From positions 1 through 45,935 of the forward strand of contig JAFDXA010000293.1 of NCBI GenBank assembly GCA_018268185.1: DNA of 45,935 nt. Reading direction: 5' to 3'. The notes below the pieces were generated by a model. That model saw only the letters and a list, made by a program, of their open reading frames with translations, was not told the origin of the DNA and searched no databases. This stretch comes from Bacteroidota bacterium (GTDB lineage: Bacteria; Bacteroidota; Bacteroidia; Chitinophagales; Chitinophagaceae). A program made the position numbers and the translations under genes. Shown here piece by piece: positions 1 to 9,259 of this stretch. Each line of letters begins with the position of its first letter. Position 1 is the first letter of the stretch.

Positions 1-1120
1 TGTACATTGGTTTGGCCAGTTCTTCAATATGGCCACCGGATAAATGCTCGTTCGGGAAACCGATCCTTGCATTTAAACCGGTAACATATTCAGTTAACTG
101 TATAAGATGCTTTAACTGTGATCCACCACCGGTTAAGATGATGCCACCGTTAAGCATGCGGTTGTCGAGTCCAACCTGTTTCAGATGGTAAGCAACGAAA
201 TCCATGATTTCACTCATGCGTGCCTGGATGATGTTGGCAAGGTTCTTCACCGAAATTTCTTTTGGTGCCATGCCCCGTAGCCCAGGTATTGTGATGTAAG
301 CATTAGACTTGGCTTCATCGCTCAGTGCGCTGCCGAACTGTATCTTCATCTGTTCAGCCTGTGTTTTTAAAACACCGAGCCCTGTTTTGATATCATTGGT
401 GATGTTCTCTCCGCCGAATGGTATAACAGCTGTATGCTTCAGAATACCTTCATAGAAAACAGCGAGGTCTGTGGTTCCACCACCGATATCAACAATAGCA
501 ACACCAGCTTCCAGATCCTGGTCGCACATTACTGCTGCAGCTGATGCCAATGGTTGCAATACGAGATCTTTGGTACGCAGGCCTGCTTTTTCTACACTGC
601 GGTTGATATTGCGGATAGCATTTTTATCGCCTGTTATGATGTGGAAATTCGCTCCCACTTTTACACCGCTGTAACCGATCGGGTTTGGAATATTCTGAAA
701 ATTATCAACAGTGAATTCCTGTGGAATTACATCGATGATCTGGTCGCCTGCGGGAATATAAGTACGATACTGATCGGCCACGAGGCGATCGATCTCTTCC
801 TGTCTCACTTCTTCTTCGGTATTCTGGCGAACAATATCTCCTCTTGTCTGCAGGCTCTTGATATGATGACCTGCAATACCAACATATACTTCTCCTATCT
901 CCAGGTTTGGATTGGAAGCATAACAGTTTTCCAGGGCCTGCTGAATGGCTTTGATGGTTTGGTCGATGTTCAGTACCATACCATGTTGCACACCGTTGCT
1001 GTTGGCACGGCCAAAACCAAGGATCTCCAGCTTACCGAATTCATTTTTGCGGCCTGCTATAGCTGCAATTTTTGTGGTGCCGATGTCGAGGCCGACGATA
1101 ATGGGTTGTTCCTGATTCAT
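1..1120 (-). CDS. ftsA: Cell division protein FtsA (3' end runs off the window)
   Basis: Absent from the ORF track because it has no stop in the window. Manual translation from the ATG at 1120 gives MNQEQPIIVGLDIGTTKIAAIAGRKNEFGKLEILG, with the actin-like ATPase motif GLDIGTTK. It follows ftsQ. Confidence 0.97.
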   Translation of the reverse strand, partial: MNQEQPIIVGLDIGTTKIAAIAGRKNEFGKLEILGFGRANSNGVQHGMVLNIDQTIKAIQQALENCYASNPNLEIGEVYVGIAGHHIKSLQTRGDIVRQNTEEEVRQEEIDRLVADQYRTYIPAGDQIIDVIPQEFTVDNFQNIPNPIGYSGVKVGANFHIITGDKNAIRNINRSVEKAGLRTKDLVLQPLASAAAVMCDQDLEAGVAIVDIGGGTTDLAVFYEGILKHTAVIPFGGENITNDIKTGLGVLKTQAEQMKIQFGSALSDEAKSNAYITIPGLRGMAPKEISVKNLANIIQARMSEIMDFVAYHLKQVGLDNRMLNGGIILTGGGSQLKHLIQLTEYVTGLNARIGFPNEHLSGGHIEELAKPMY

Positions 1121-1158
1121 AGTTTGTATTTTTTGTGTTGTATGTTTTGTTTGTGTTT

Positions 1159-2340
1159 TTAATAATCATTTTTTTTGGGCATCACCGCTTTTGGCTTTGC
1201 TGCTGCCGGCTTGGGTTTCTGCGGTGCTACCTTCTTAGGCGGCGCCGGTTTAACAGGCAGTTTGGCTGATGGCCTGGCTGCTGGCTTTGCAACAGGCTTT
1301 GCCGGTGCCGGCGTAACCGGTTTAGGAATCACCGGTGCTGCCCCCAATTTTTCTTGTGGTTTAGGTTCTTCATTAGTATCAGGAGAATATGCTGCGTCGT
1401 CACGTTCAATAGATTGCTGAATCATACTGCTATCGTTCTCCTTTCGCTCTTCCTGCATCACTGCGTGAATTGAATCTTCAGTCCACCGGGCTGCATTGGC
1501 TGCAATGATGTCCATCATCTGAATGGTGCGTAGTGAATCGGAACTCACATCATCCTTACCCCGGATCTTCGCCACGACCTGGTTTTTATATTGCAGATTG
1601 ATAATGCTGTACTTACTCCATCCCATCTGCAGCATCACTTTTTTATAGAACAGTTTCAGCTTCCTGAATTTGGCTGCCGCATCGGATGCATCACCGAAAA
1701 CGATCACCTGGTTGCCGATCTTGGGAACCATTTCAAATGTCCGCTGTGAAGTAATATCCACCTGGTCGATCATGGCCATCAGGAAAGAATCTGCCTGTAT
1801 CTGTGTGCTTAGATCCCTGATATCGCCGAGCAATGAACTATCAGGCTTAGTCAGAATTCTTGCTTCCGATGGAAACCCTGTGAATACCGGAACACGTGCT
1901 GAAAATTTCTCGCTCAGCGGAAGCATCTTCGTTGTATTATCAATGTAAAATGTATTTCCACCCGGTGTAAAAACCCTTGCTATGGGTTCTCTTTCAGCTA
2001 CAGCAACCTGCAGTACTTCATTGTTATCAAAGAACATTTCTGCTTCTTTAATCCACACATCTTTCTTCAAAGCGCTTTCCATTTTTACCAGGTCGAAATC
2101 GGCAATTGGCTTTCCTACAGCACCGGCTCCTGCAAAATGGTTTATGATCTTCAGCACATCTGCTTTATCAATAAAGAAATTATTGCTTACTCCCGAGATA
2201 TTCACTTCAATACCGCGGCATTTTTTGGTATCTTTTTTATTCACCGCCGCAACCAGCAATACAATACTGCCTGCACCCAGCAGCACCCAAAGTGTTCCCA
2301 GCAGGATGTTTTTAATATTATATCGCTTTTTATTTTCCAT
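1159..2340 (-). CDS. ftsQ: Cell division protein FtsQ/DivIB-like, with a long low-complexity C-terminal tail
   Basis: Single N-terminal TM helix, POTRA-like region (LVKMESALKKDVWIKEAEMF, EREPIAR), position between murC and ftsA, and a Pro/Ala/Lys-rich tail. Confidence 0.88.
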   Translation of the reverse strand: MENKKRYNIKNILLGTLWVLLGAGSIVLLVAAVNKKDTKKCRGIEVNISGVSNNFFIDKADVLKIINHFAGAGAVGKPIADFDLVKMESALKKDVWIKEAEMFFDNNEVLQVAVAEREPIARVFTPGGNTFYIDNTTKMLPLSEKFSARVPVFTGFPSEARILTKPDSSLLGDIRDLSTQIQADSFLMAMIDQVDITSQRTFEMVPKIGNQVIVFGDASDAAAKFRKLKLFYKKVMLQMGWSKYSIINLQYKNQVVAKIRGKDDVSSDSLRTIQMMDIIAANAARWTEDSIHAVMQEERKENDSSMIQQSIERDDAAYSPDTNEEPKPQEKLGAAPVIPKPVTPAPAKPVAKPAARPSAKLPVKPAPPKKVAPQKPKPAAAKPKAVMPKKNDY

Positions 2341-2361
2341 TACACTGTTGTTACAATGCTT

Positions 2362-3714
2362 TTATTGAATTACTTTTTTAATGGGCTCAACCAGCATATC
2401 TATATCTCCTGCTCCTGCCGTAATCAGAAAAACCGGTTTTGTGTTCTTCATTTCTTCCAGCAACGCTTCTTTGCTTAATACCCTGGCATTACTGTGTTTC
2501 ATCCTGTTCAATATCATTTCACTGTTCACAGCTTCCATTGGCTTTTCCCTGGCCGGGTATATTGGCAACAGTATGAGTTCGTCGGCCATGCTGAGCACTT
2601 CTGCAAACCCATCAGCAAAATCATTTGTTCTGCTGAACAGGTGTGGCTGAAAAACCACTGTGCATTTCTGGCCGGGGAACAATCCCTTTGCGCCATTGAT
2701 CAGAACCCTCAGTTCTTCAGGGTGGTGTGCATAATCATCGATCATCACCCGTTCATCATTCTTGATGATGTATTCGAACCTCCGTTTCACACCCCGGAAT
2801 GAGGCCACAGCTGCCCTTATTTTATCATCTTCAATTCCTACATGCTTTGCAACTGCGATCGCAGCTACAGCATTCTCAATATTGTGCATGCCCCCCATAT
2901 TCAATTCAACATCTTTTATCAACTCGCCTTTTATTTCCAGGTCAAAAACATAAGATCCTTTGCTGATCTTAATGTTAACCGGATGCACATCTGCTGCTGA
3001 ATCACTAACACTGTAACTGATCTTCGCTGCTTTGAATTCATCACTTCTTTTTAAAACCGATTTGTAGATCAGCAAGCCGCCTGGTTTTACCTGGTTGGCA
3101 AATTCTACAAAAGCATCCTGGAGATTTTCGGGTGTTCCGTAAATATCCAGGTGATCAGGATCCATGGCTGTGATCACAGCTATGTCAGGAAAGAGTTTCA
3201 AAAAACTCCTGTCATATTCATCAGCTTCTGCCACAGATACATTTTTCTCGCTATACCAGAAATTAGTTGCATAATTACTGGCAATACCGCCGAGAAAGGC
3301 ATTGCAGCCAAAGCCACTATCGCGTAATATGTGTGCCACCATGGAACTTGTTGTTGTTTTACCGTGGGTACCTGCTATGCAGATGCTGTAAGTTCCTTTT
3401 GTGATCATTCCCAACACATCACTGCGTTTTAAAACAGTATAATGATGGCTGAGCAGGTAGTTATACTCTTTGTGATCTTTGGGAACTGCCGGCGTATACA
3501 CAACCAGTTCTGCTTCTTTGTCAATGAGCTCTGTATTATCTTCAAAATGAATACTGATACCTTCCTGTTGCAACTTATCAGTTAACGGTGTTGGTGTTTT
3601 ATCGTAACCACTCACCCTTACACCATTGCTGTTAAAATACCGGGCCAGGGCACTCATTCCTATTCCACCAATGCCGAGGAAATAAACTGCTTTTATATCT
3701 TTCAGGTCTTTCAA
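2362..3714 (-). CDS. murC: UDP-N-acetylmuramate--L-alanine ligase
   Basis: Motifs GIGGIGMSALA, GTHGKTTTS, EADEYDRSF and DDYAHHP. Confidence 0.98.
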   Translation of the reverse strand: MKDLKDIKAVYFLGIGGIGMSALARYFNSNGVRVSGYDKTPTPLTDKLQQEGISIHFEDNTELIDKEAELVVYTPAVPKDHKEYNYLLSHHYTVLKRSDVLGMITKGTYSICIAGTHGKTTTSSMVAHILRDSGFGCNAFLGGIASNYATNFWYSEKNVSVAEADEYDRSFLKLFPDIAVITAMDPDHLDIYGTPENLQDAFVEFANQVKPGGLLIYKSVLKRSDEFKAAKISYSVSDSAADVHPVNIKISKGSYVFDLEIKGELIKDVELNMGGMHNIENAVAAIAVAKHVGIEDDKIRAAVASFRGVKRRFEYIIKNDERVMIDDYAHHPEELRVLINGAKGLFPGQKCTVVFQPHLFSRTNDFADGFAEVLSMADELILLPIYPAREKPMEAVNSEMILNRMKHSNARVLSKEALLEEMKNTKPVFLITAGAGDIDMLVEPIKKVIQ

Positions 3715-3715
3715 T

Positions 3716-4843
3716 TTATTTCCCGATCGTTTTTAAAATTTCATTAGCAATAATCGTGTCGGCATTCGCAATCCCCAATCCGCCAATATTATTAATCATT
3801 TCCTGTTGCAGGTTCGCATTCTTTGATAATTCAATAACGGCCGGCACCAACTTATTCAACGCTTCTCCGTCTTTTATCATGATGGCGGCGTTTTTATTAA
3901 CTAAACTTTGTGCATTAGCCGTTTGGTGATCCTCCGCCGCAAACGGGTATGGCACAAATATCACCGGCTTTTTTACAAGGCAAAGTTCTGCTACTGCCAT
4001 GGCACCGCTCCTGCTGATTACCATATCTGCCGCTGTATAAGCATATTCCATTTCTTTTAAGAAATCATTAGCATATACATTGCTCTTTCCCTTACTTCTT
4101 TCGATGGCTTTCGACAAATAAGGTTTACCGGTTTGCCAGATCAACTGCAGATCATTCTCTGCAAACAGGTCAATATCCTTATCAACTGCTTCATTGATAT
4201 TTTTGGCCCCAAGGCTTCCGCCGATGCTCAGCACTGTTTTCTTTGTGGTATCCAATCCGAAATAACGCAAGGCCTGTTCTTTGGTGATTGAATGGCTGAT
4301 GATCGACTGCCTTACTGGGTTACCGCTGACCATGATCTTTGAGGCGGGGAAAAATTTTTCCATGCCATCTGATGCCGTGAAAATTCTTGTAGCCTTTTTG
4401 CCGAGCATGATGTTTGCTTTACCGGCAAACGAATTGCTTTCGTGTATGAATGTTGGTATTCCTTTCGATTGTGCATACCGCAGCACTGGGAAACTGGAAT
4501 AGCCACCAACACCAATTACAGCATCTGGTTTAAAATTTTTCACGATCCCTGCAACCTGGAAAAAACTCTTAACCAGTTTAAAAGGAAGGCTTATATTTTT
4601 TATCAAAGAACTTCTGTTGAAACCCGCTATCGTTAACCCTACAATTTCATATCCAGCCTGCGGAACTTTTTCCATTTCCATTTTCCCTGCAGCGCCTACG
4701 AATAAAAAGACTGTACCGGGCGCCTGCTTTTTTATTGCATTGGCAATGGCAATAGCAGGAAAAATATGCCCGCCTGTTCCACCTCCTGCAATAATGACCT
4801 TTGCTGCAGATCCGCTATCACCGTTTCTATTCATAGCACTCAT
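3716..4843 (-). CDS. murG: Lipid II N-acetylglucosaminyltransferase MurG
   Basis: Motifs GGGTGGHIFPA, GNPVR, GGSLGA and HQTANA. Confidence 0.98.
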   Translation of the reverse strand: MSAMNRNGDSGSAAKVIIAGGGTGGHIFPAIAIANAIKKQAPGTVFLFVGAAGKMEMEKVPQAGYEIVGLTIAGFNRSSLIKNISLPFKLVKSFFQVAGIVKNFKPDAVIGVGGYSSFPVLRYAQSKGIPTFIHESNSFAGKANIMLGKKATRIFTASDGMEKFFPASKIMVSGNPVRQSIISHSITKEQALRYFGLDTTKKTVLSIGGSLGAKNINEAVDKDIDLFAENDLQLIWQTGKPYLSKAIERSKGKSNVYANDFLKEMEYAYTAADMVISRSGAMAVAELCLVKKPVIFVPYPFAAEDHQTANAQSLVNKNAAIMIKDGEALNKLVPAVIELSKNANLQQEMINNIGGLGIANADTIIANEILKTIGK

Positions 4844-6142
4844 TTATTCTGCAACCTCCTCTTCTTCTGTTTCTGCATTTGTTTCCTGTACAGGAACAGG
4901 CTTCAGTTTGCCTTCCTGTTGCTCCACATTTCTTGCAACACTCAATATGATGCCAATCGCCAGGCAGGTAAACAGAAAACTACTTCCACCCATACTTACC
5001 AGCGGAAGCGTAACCCCTGTATTCGGAAACAGGTTTACATTTACTCCCATATTGGCGATCGCCTGGATCACCAACGTAAAACTGAGCGCCAATGCGAGGA
5101 AGGCTCCAAAAGCATAAGGACATTTTTGGTAAAGCCTGATACACCTGAAAAGGAAAAGCAGGTAGATGCCAAGAATTACCGCAGCTCCCAGTAAGCCATA
5201 CTCTTCTATGATGATGGCATAAATGAAATCACTATAGCTGTGCGGCAAAAAGTTTCTTTGCAGGCTATTCCCCGGCCCACGTCCCAGCCAGCCACCATTC
5301 GCAATAGCGATCTTGGCCTGGTTTATCTGGTAAGATTTTTCATTGTCATCTTCTTTCTTACTGTAAACAAAAGTCTGGATCCTGCTGATCCATGTGGGAA
5401 TACGACCTGCAGCAAGCACAGCAGGTAATTTTTTTGTTTCCCCTGTTTTGGAATCATAAGTTGCCACTGCGAGTGATAACAACAATACGATCGGGATAGC
5501 TGCAATGCCAAGCGTATATAAAATATGTTTTGTACTTACCCTTCCGATGAACATGATCATCAGGCTTGTACCAAATATCAGCAATGAAGTAGACAGGTTT
5601 GCCGGCGCCACCAACAGGCAGATGATTGCAACCGGAACAATGATCGGCAGAAAACCTTTTTTGAAATCTTTGATCACATTCTGTTTGCGGCTGAGCTGCC
5701 GGCTCATATACATGAACAGGGCAAGCTTGGCCAGGTCAGATGTCTGGAACGTCATGTTGATTACCGGTAGTTTGATCCAGCGACTTCCCGCATTCAGCTG
5801 CACACCAAACAACAAGGTGTAAAGCAGGAGCGGTATGGAAGCAAGGAATAAGATCAATGCCACCCTTGAGTACACAGCATAATTAATACGGTGTGCAAAG
5901 TAGATGATGATCAAACCAAGTATAATAAAAGCAAACTGTTTAAAAAGATAACTCTCTGTACTCTTGCTCATACGGTAGGCCAGTGAACCGGTACTGCTGT
6001 ACACCAGCAACAGGCTGGCCAGTGTTAATATGATCACGAGAGCCCATATAAACTTATCCCCGCGTGTTTTACTCACGAGGTTATCACCCATGTTACTGAA
6101 TGAGGGTGTAAGTATTGACCGTATGTTTATATTTTCCGACAT
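4844..6142 (-). CDS. ftsW: SEDS peptidoglycan glycosyltransferase FtsW
   Basis: Multi-TM protein with AGSRWI, SDFIYAIIIEEYG and TGVTLPLVSMGGSS; dcw position. Confidence 0.95.
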   Translation of the reverse strand: MSENINIRSILTPSFSNMGDNLVSKTRGDKFIWALVIILTLASLLLVYSSTGSLAYRMSKSTESYLFKQFAFIILGLIIIYFAHRINYAVYSRVALILFLASIPLLLYTLLFGVQLNAGSRWIKLPVINMTFQTSDLAKLALFMYMSRQLSRKQNVIKDFKKGFLPIIVPVAIICLLVAPANLSTSLLIFGTSLMIMFIGRVSTKHILYTLGIAAIPIVLLLSLAVATYDSKTGETKKLPAVLAAGRIPTWISRIQTFVYSKKEDDNEKSYQINQAKIAIANGGWLGRGPGNSLQRNFLPHSYSDFIYAIIIEEYGLLGAAVILGIYLLFLFRCIRLYQKCPYAFGAFLALALSFTLVIQAIANMGVNVNLFPNTGVTLPLVSMGGSSFLFTCLAIGIILSVARNVEQQEGKLKPVPVQETNAETEEEEVAE

Positions 6143-6160
6143 CGAAGTGTCTCAGTTCGT

Positions 6161-7501
6161 TTATAAATTCTTTACTGCCTGTTTGAATTGCTTTCCCCTG
6201 TCTTCATAGTTCTTGAAGAGGTCGAAGCTGGCGCAGGCCGGACTCAGCAAAACCACATCACCCTTATTGGCAAAATGAAAAGCTGCCTGAACGGCTTCAT
6301 CTGCATTGGTTGTATTCAGCATCAGCGAAACAATGTCGCCAAATGCCTCGTGTATCTTCCTGTTATCAGTCCCCATGCACACTATCGCCTTCACTTTTTC
6401 CTTAACCAGGTCTGTAAGCAGGTTATAGTCATTGCCTTTATCAACACCACCCAGGATAAGGATCACGGGTTTGGTCATACTTTCGAGTGCATACCAGGTG
6501 CTGTTTATATTGGTTGCTTTACTGTCATTGATAAATTCAACTCCTTTGATCGTAGCCACATGTTCCATGCGGTGTTCCAGGCTTTCAAATGTCTGAAGCG
6601 CTTCCCTGATCTTTTCTTTTCTTATGTCAACGGCTGTTGCAGCCATACTTGCAGCCATACTGTTGTATTGATTGTGTTTTCCTTTAATAGTAAAATCCTC
6701 TACGCTCATGCGCATTTCTTCAGCTTTCCATTTGAGGTGCATCTGTGCATTGGTCAGGTAAGCTCCTTGTGGCAGTTCTTTGTTCATGGTAATGGGGGCT
6801 TGGCTTGATTTAATGGGATAATGAGTCAGGTATTTCATAGTCATTTCATCATCGAGGTTGTAAATGAAAACATCATTTTCAACCTGGTTTTCTGCTATCC
6901 TGAATTTGCTGTGTGCATAATTTTCGATCTTGTAATCGTAACGGTCGAGGTGATCTTCCGTTATATTAGTTAGCACGGCAACGTCAGGCCTGAATGTGAT
7001 GATATCATCCAGTTGAAAAGAACTTATTTCGGCTACATACAATTGCTTCGGATCTTCTGCCACTTGTTTTGCAAATGAGTAACCGATATTTCCGACCAAA
7101 GCACAATCTTTACCGGCGTGTTTGCAGATGTGATAGATGAGGGAAGTGGTGGTGGTTTTACCATTACTCCCGGTAATCGCGATCACTTTACTGTTACCGA
7201 TAAACCTGAATGCGAATTCGATCTCACTGATCACCGGGATCTTCTGCGCCCTGATCTTTTTCATGATCGAAGCCTTTTCCGGTATCCCCGGGCTTTTGAT
7301 CACTTCCGAGGCATTCAAGATCTTCGCTTCGGTGTGACCTGACTCTTCGAAAGCTATGTTGGCTTCCGACAGTTCTGCCCGGTACTTTTCGGCGATCATT
7401 CCGCCATCGCTCACAAAAACATCATAGCCTTTTTTATTTGCCAGTAGGGCGGCGCCAATGCCGCTTTCCCCTGCTCCTAATATGACTATCCTTTTTTGCA
7501 T
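6161..7501 (-). CDS. murD: UDP-N-acetylmuramoyl-L-alanine--D-glutamate ligase
   Basis: Motifs ITGSNGKTTT, DHLDRY, NDSKATN and LSPACASFD. Confidence 0.98.
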   Translation of the reverse strand: MQKRIVILGAGESGIGAALLANKKGYDVFVSDGGMIAEKYRAELSEANIAFEESGHTEAKILNASEVIKSPGIPEKASIMKKIRAQKIPVISEIEFAFRFIGNSKVIAITGSNGKTTTTSLIYHICKHAGKDCALVGNIGYSFAKQVAEDPKQLYVAEISSFQLDDIITFRPDVAVLTNITEDHLDRYDYKIENYAHSKFRIAENQVENDVFIYNLDDEMTMKYLTHYPIKSSQAPITMNKELPQGAYLTNAQMHLKWKAEEMRMSVEDFTIKGKHNQYNSMAASMAATAVDIRKEKIREALQTFESLEHRMEHVATIKGVEFINDSKATNINSTWYALESMTKPVILILGGVDKGNDYNLLTDLVKEKVKAIVCMGTDNRKIHEAFGDIVSLMLNTTNADEAVQAAFHFANKGDVVLLSPACASFDLFKNYEDRGKQFKQAVKNL

Positions 7502-7523
7502 GCTCTACCTGCACATTCAGATA

Positions 7524-7826
7524 AAAATTGGTTTTTCAACAGCATAGAATTTAACAGGGATAGCTGGTGTTCCCGTTAGCTAAAAAGTGGTTCTTCAATA
7601 GTATTGATATTTACAGGACAACATCTTCCTGGTTTCAATACCGCAGGATTTTATTAAAAGTGGTTCTTCAAGAGCATAGAATTTAACAGGTATCTTTATT
7701 AAATCCGTTTAACTCAAAAAGTGGTTCTTCAATAGTATTGACTTTTACAGGACAAATTTTCCTGGCAAGAATACTGTTGTGCATTCAGGATAAAATTGGT
7801 TTTTCAACAGCATAGAATTTAACAGG
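7524..7826. repeat. Array of five 35-nt direct repeats with 24/38/26/40-nt spacers (CRISPR-like layout, no cas genes)
   Basis: Copies at 7524-7558, 7583-7617, 7656-7690, 7717-7751 and 7792-7826. Consensus AAAA(T/G)TGGTT(T/C)TTCAA(C/T/G)AG(C/T)AT(A/T)GA(A/T/C)(T/A)TT(A/T)ACAGG. 27 of 35 positions are invariant and copies 1 and 5 are identical. Confidence 0.95.
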
Positions 7827-7906
7827 TCGGGCAATTTCACAGGTAAAGCTGTATATGAACGAAAGAACCAAGACCTGCATGAGCAGGCAAACTTCTTCTC
7901 TACTTC

Positions 7907-9220
7907 TTACCTTAATTTGAGTGTGCCGATTGCCAGCGCCACACACAATATTGTTATGATCCAGAACCGCACTGCTATCTTACTCTCATGATAACCTAAC
8001 TTTTGATAATGATGATGAAGCGGACTCATCAGGAACACCCTTCTCCCTTCACCATATTTTTTCTTCGTGTATTTGAAATAGCTCACCTGTATCACCACGC
8101 TCAGGTTTTCCACGAGGAAAATGAAACAGAATATCGGTATCAGTAATTCTTTCCTCACAATGATTGCCAGCGCTGCTATGATACCACCAAGTGCCAGGCT
8201 TCCCGTATCTCCCATAAACACTTGCGCAGGGTAAGCATTGTACCAGAGAAAACCGATACAGGCTCCTACAAATGCTGCAATGAATATGGACAACTCCCCG
8301 ATATTCGGTATGTACATAATATTGAGATACTCTGCCAGTTTTATATTACCACTCAGGTAAGCGAATATGCCGAGGCAGATACCGATCACCGCACTTACTC
8401 CTGTTGCCAATCCATCCAGCCCGTCTGTTATGTTTGCACCATTGCTTACTGCCGTTACAATGAGTATCACAATGATGATATACAGGATATAGGTGAATCC
8501 TTCCATCGCTTTGGGCAGCAGTTTTGCATAATTGAATTCATGGTTCTTTACAAAGGGTATGGTTGTGATCGGTGTTTTAACTTTTACAAACAGGTGCTCT
8601 TTTCCATCAAGCCTTACCACATGAAAAGAATCACTCATCAGTTTCTCACCACGGTTCAAATGTGATTTCACAAATTCCAGGTCAGGATTATAAACCTCTC
8701 TTTCTACAACCACGCTTTTTGTAAAGTACAGTGTTGCCCCAACGATGATCCCCAGCATCACCTGTCCGAAAATTTTAAACCTCCCCGCCAAACCATCCGC
8801 ATCTGTTTTCTTATAATCAATTCCTTTTTCTTTGGCGATGCGTTTCGCTTTTATTTTGAGATAATCATCAATAAAACCGATGGCTCCCAACCAAACCGTA
8901 CAGAGCAACATAAGCCTGATGTATACTTTGTTGAGATCTGCCAGCAACAGAGTTGGTATGATGATGGCCAGGATCAGGATGATACCCCCCATTGTTGGTG
9001 TTCCTTTTTTCTGCTGCTCACCTGCCAGGCCAAGATCCCTTACTGTTTCACCCAACTGCTTTTTCTGCAATAGGCGGATCAGGCGTTTTCCATAAACTGT
9101 TGTAATGATCAGCGAGAGCATCAACGCCAGGATAACCCTGAACGAGATGAACCTGAAAAGAGCGCTCCCAGAGAAATGGAAGTTTTCTTTTGTGAGCCAA
9201 TCAAAAAAATGATACAACAT
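7907..9220 (-). CDS. mraY: Phospho-N-acetylmuramoyl-pentapeptide transferase
   Basis: Motifs [32 protein letters not shown] and PLHHHY. Confidence 0.98.
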   Translation of the reverse strand: MLYHFFDWLTKENFHFSGSALFRFISFRVILALMLSLIITTVYGKRLIRLLQKKQLGETVRDLGLAGEQQKKGTPTMGGIILILAIIIPTLLLADLNKVYIRLMLLCTVWLGAIGFIDDYLKIKAKRIAKEKGIDYKKTDADGLAGRFKIFGQVMLGIIVGATLYFTKSVVVEREVYNPDLEFVKSHLNRGEKLMSDSFHVVRLDGKEHLFVKVKTPITTIPFVKNHEFNYAKLLPKAMEGFTYILYIIIVILIVTAVSNGANITDGLDGLATGVSAVIGICLGIFAYLSGNIKLAEYLNIMYIPNIGELSIFIAAFVGACIGFLWYNAYPAQVFMGDTGSLALGGIIAALAIIVRKELLIPIFCFIFLVENLSVVIQVSYFKYTKKKYGEGRRVFLMSPLHHHYQKLGYHESKIAVRFWIITILCVALAIGTLKLR

Positions 9221-9259
9221 ATTGGTTACGCAGCCGGGGACGCCAGCTTATTGTTTAAT

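Noticed and set aside
554-1162. 202-aa plus-strand ORF
   Set aside because: Antisense shadow of ftsA.
7524-7826. Calling the array a bona fide CRISPR
   Set aside because: Repeats alternate between two types, spacers are uneven and related in pairs (1 with 3, 2 with 4), and there are no cas genes or clear leader.
7524-7826. Type III toxin-antitoxin RNA repeats, or dif/Xer sites
   Set aside because: No adjacent toxin ORF and the repeats are not contiguous. TGTTAAAT resembles part of an XerD arm, but there is no XerC arm at the right spacing.
7502-7906. A single missed repeat-protein gene, or a murF remnant
   Set aside because: Repeat periods of 59, 73, 61 and 75 nt break frame and stops intervene. 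I see no resemblance to MurF, which is often outside the dcw cluster in Bacteroidota.
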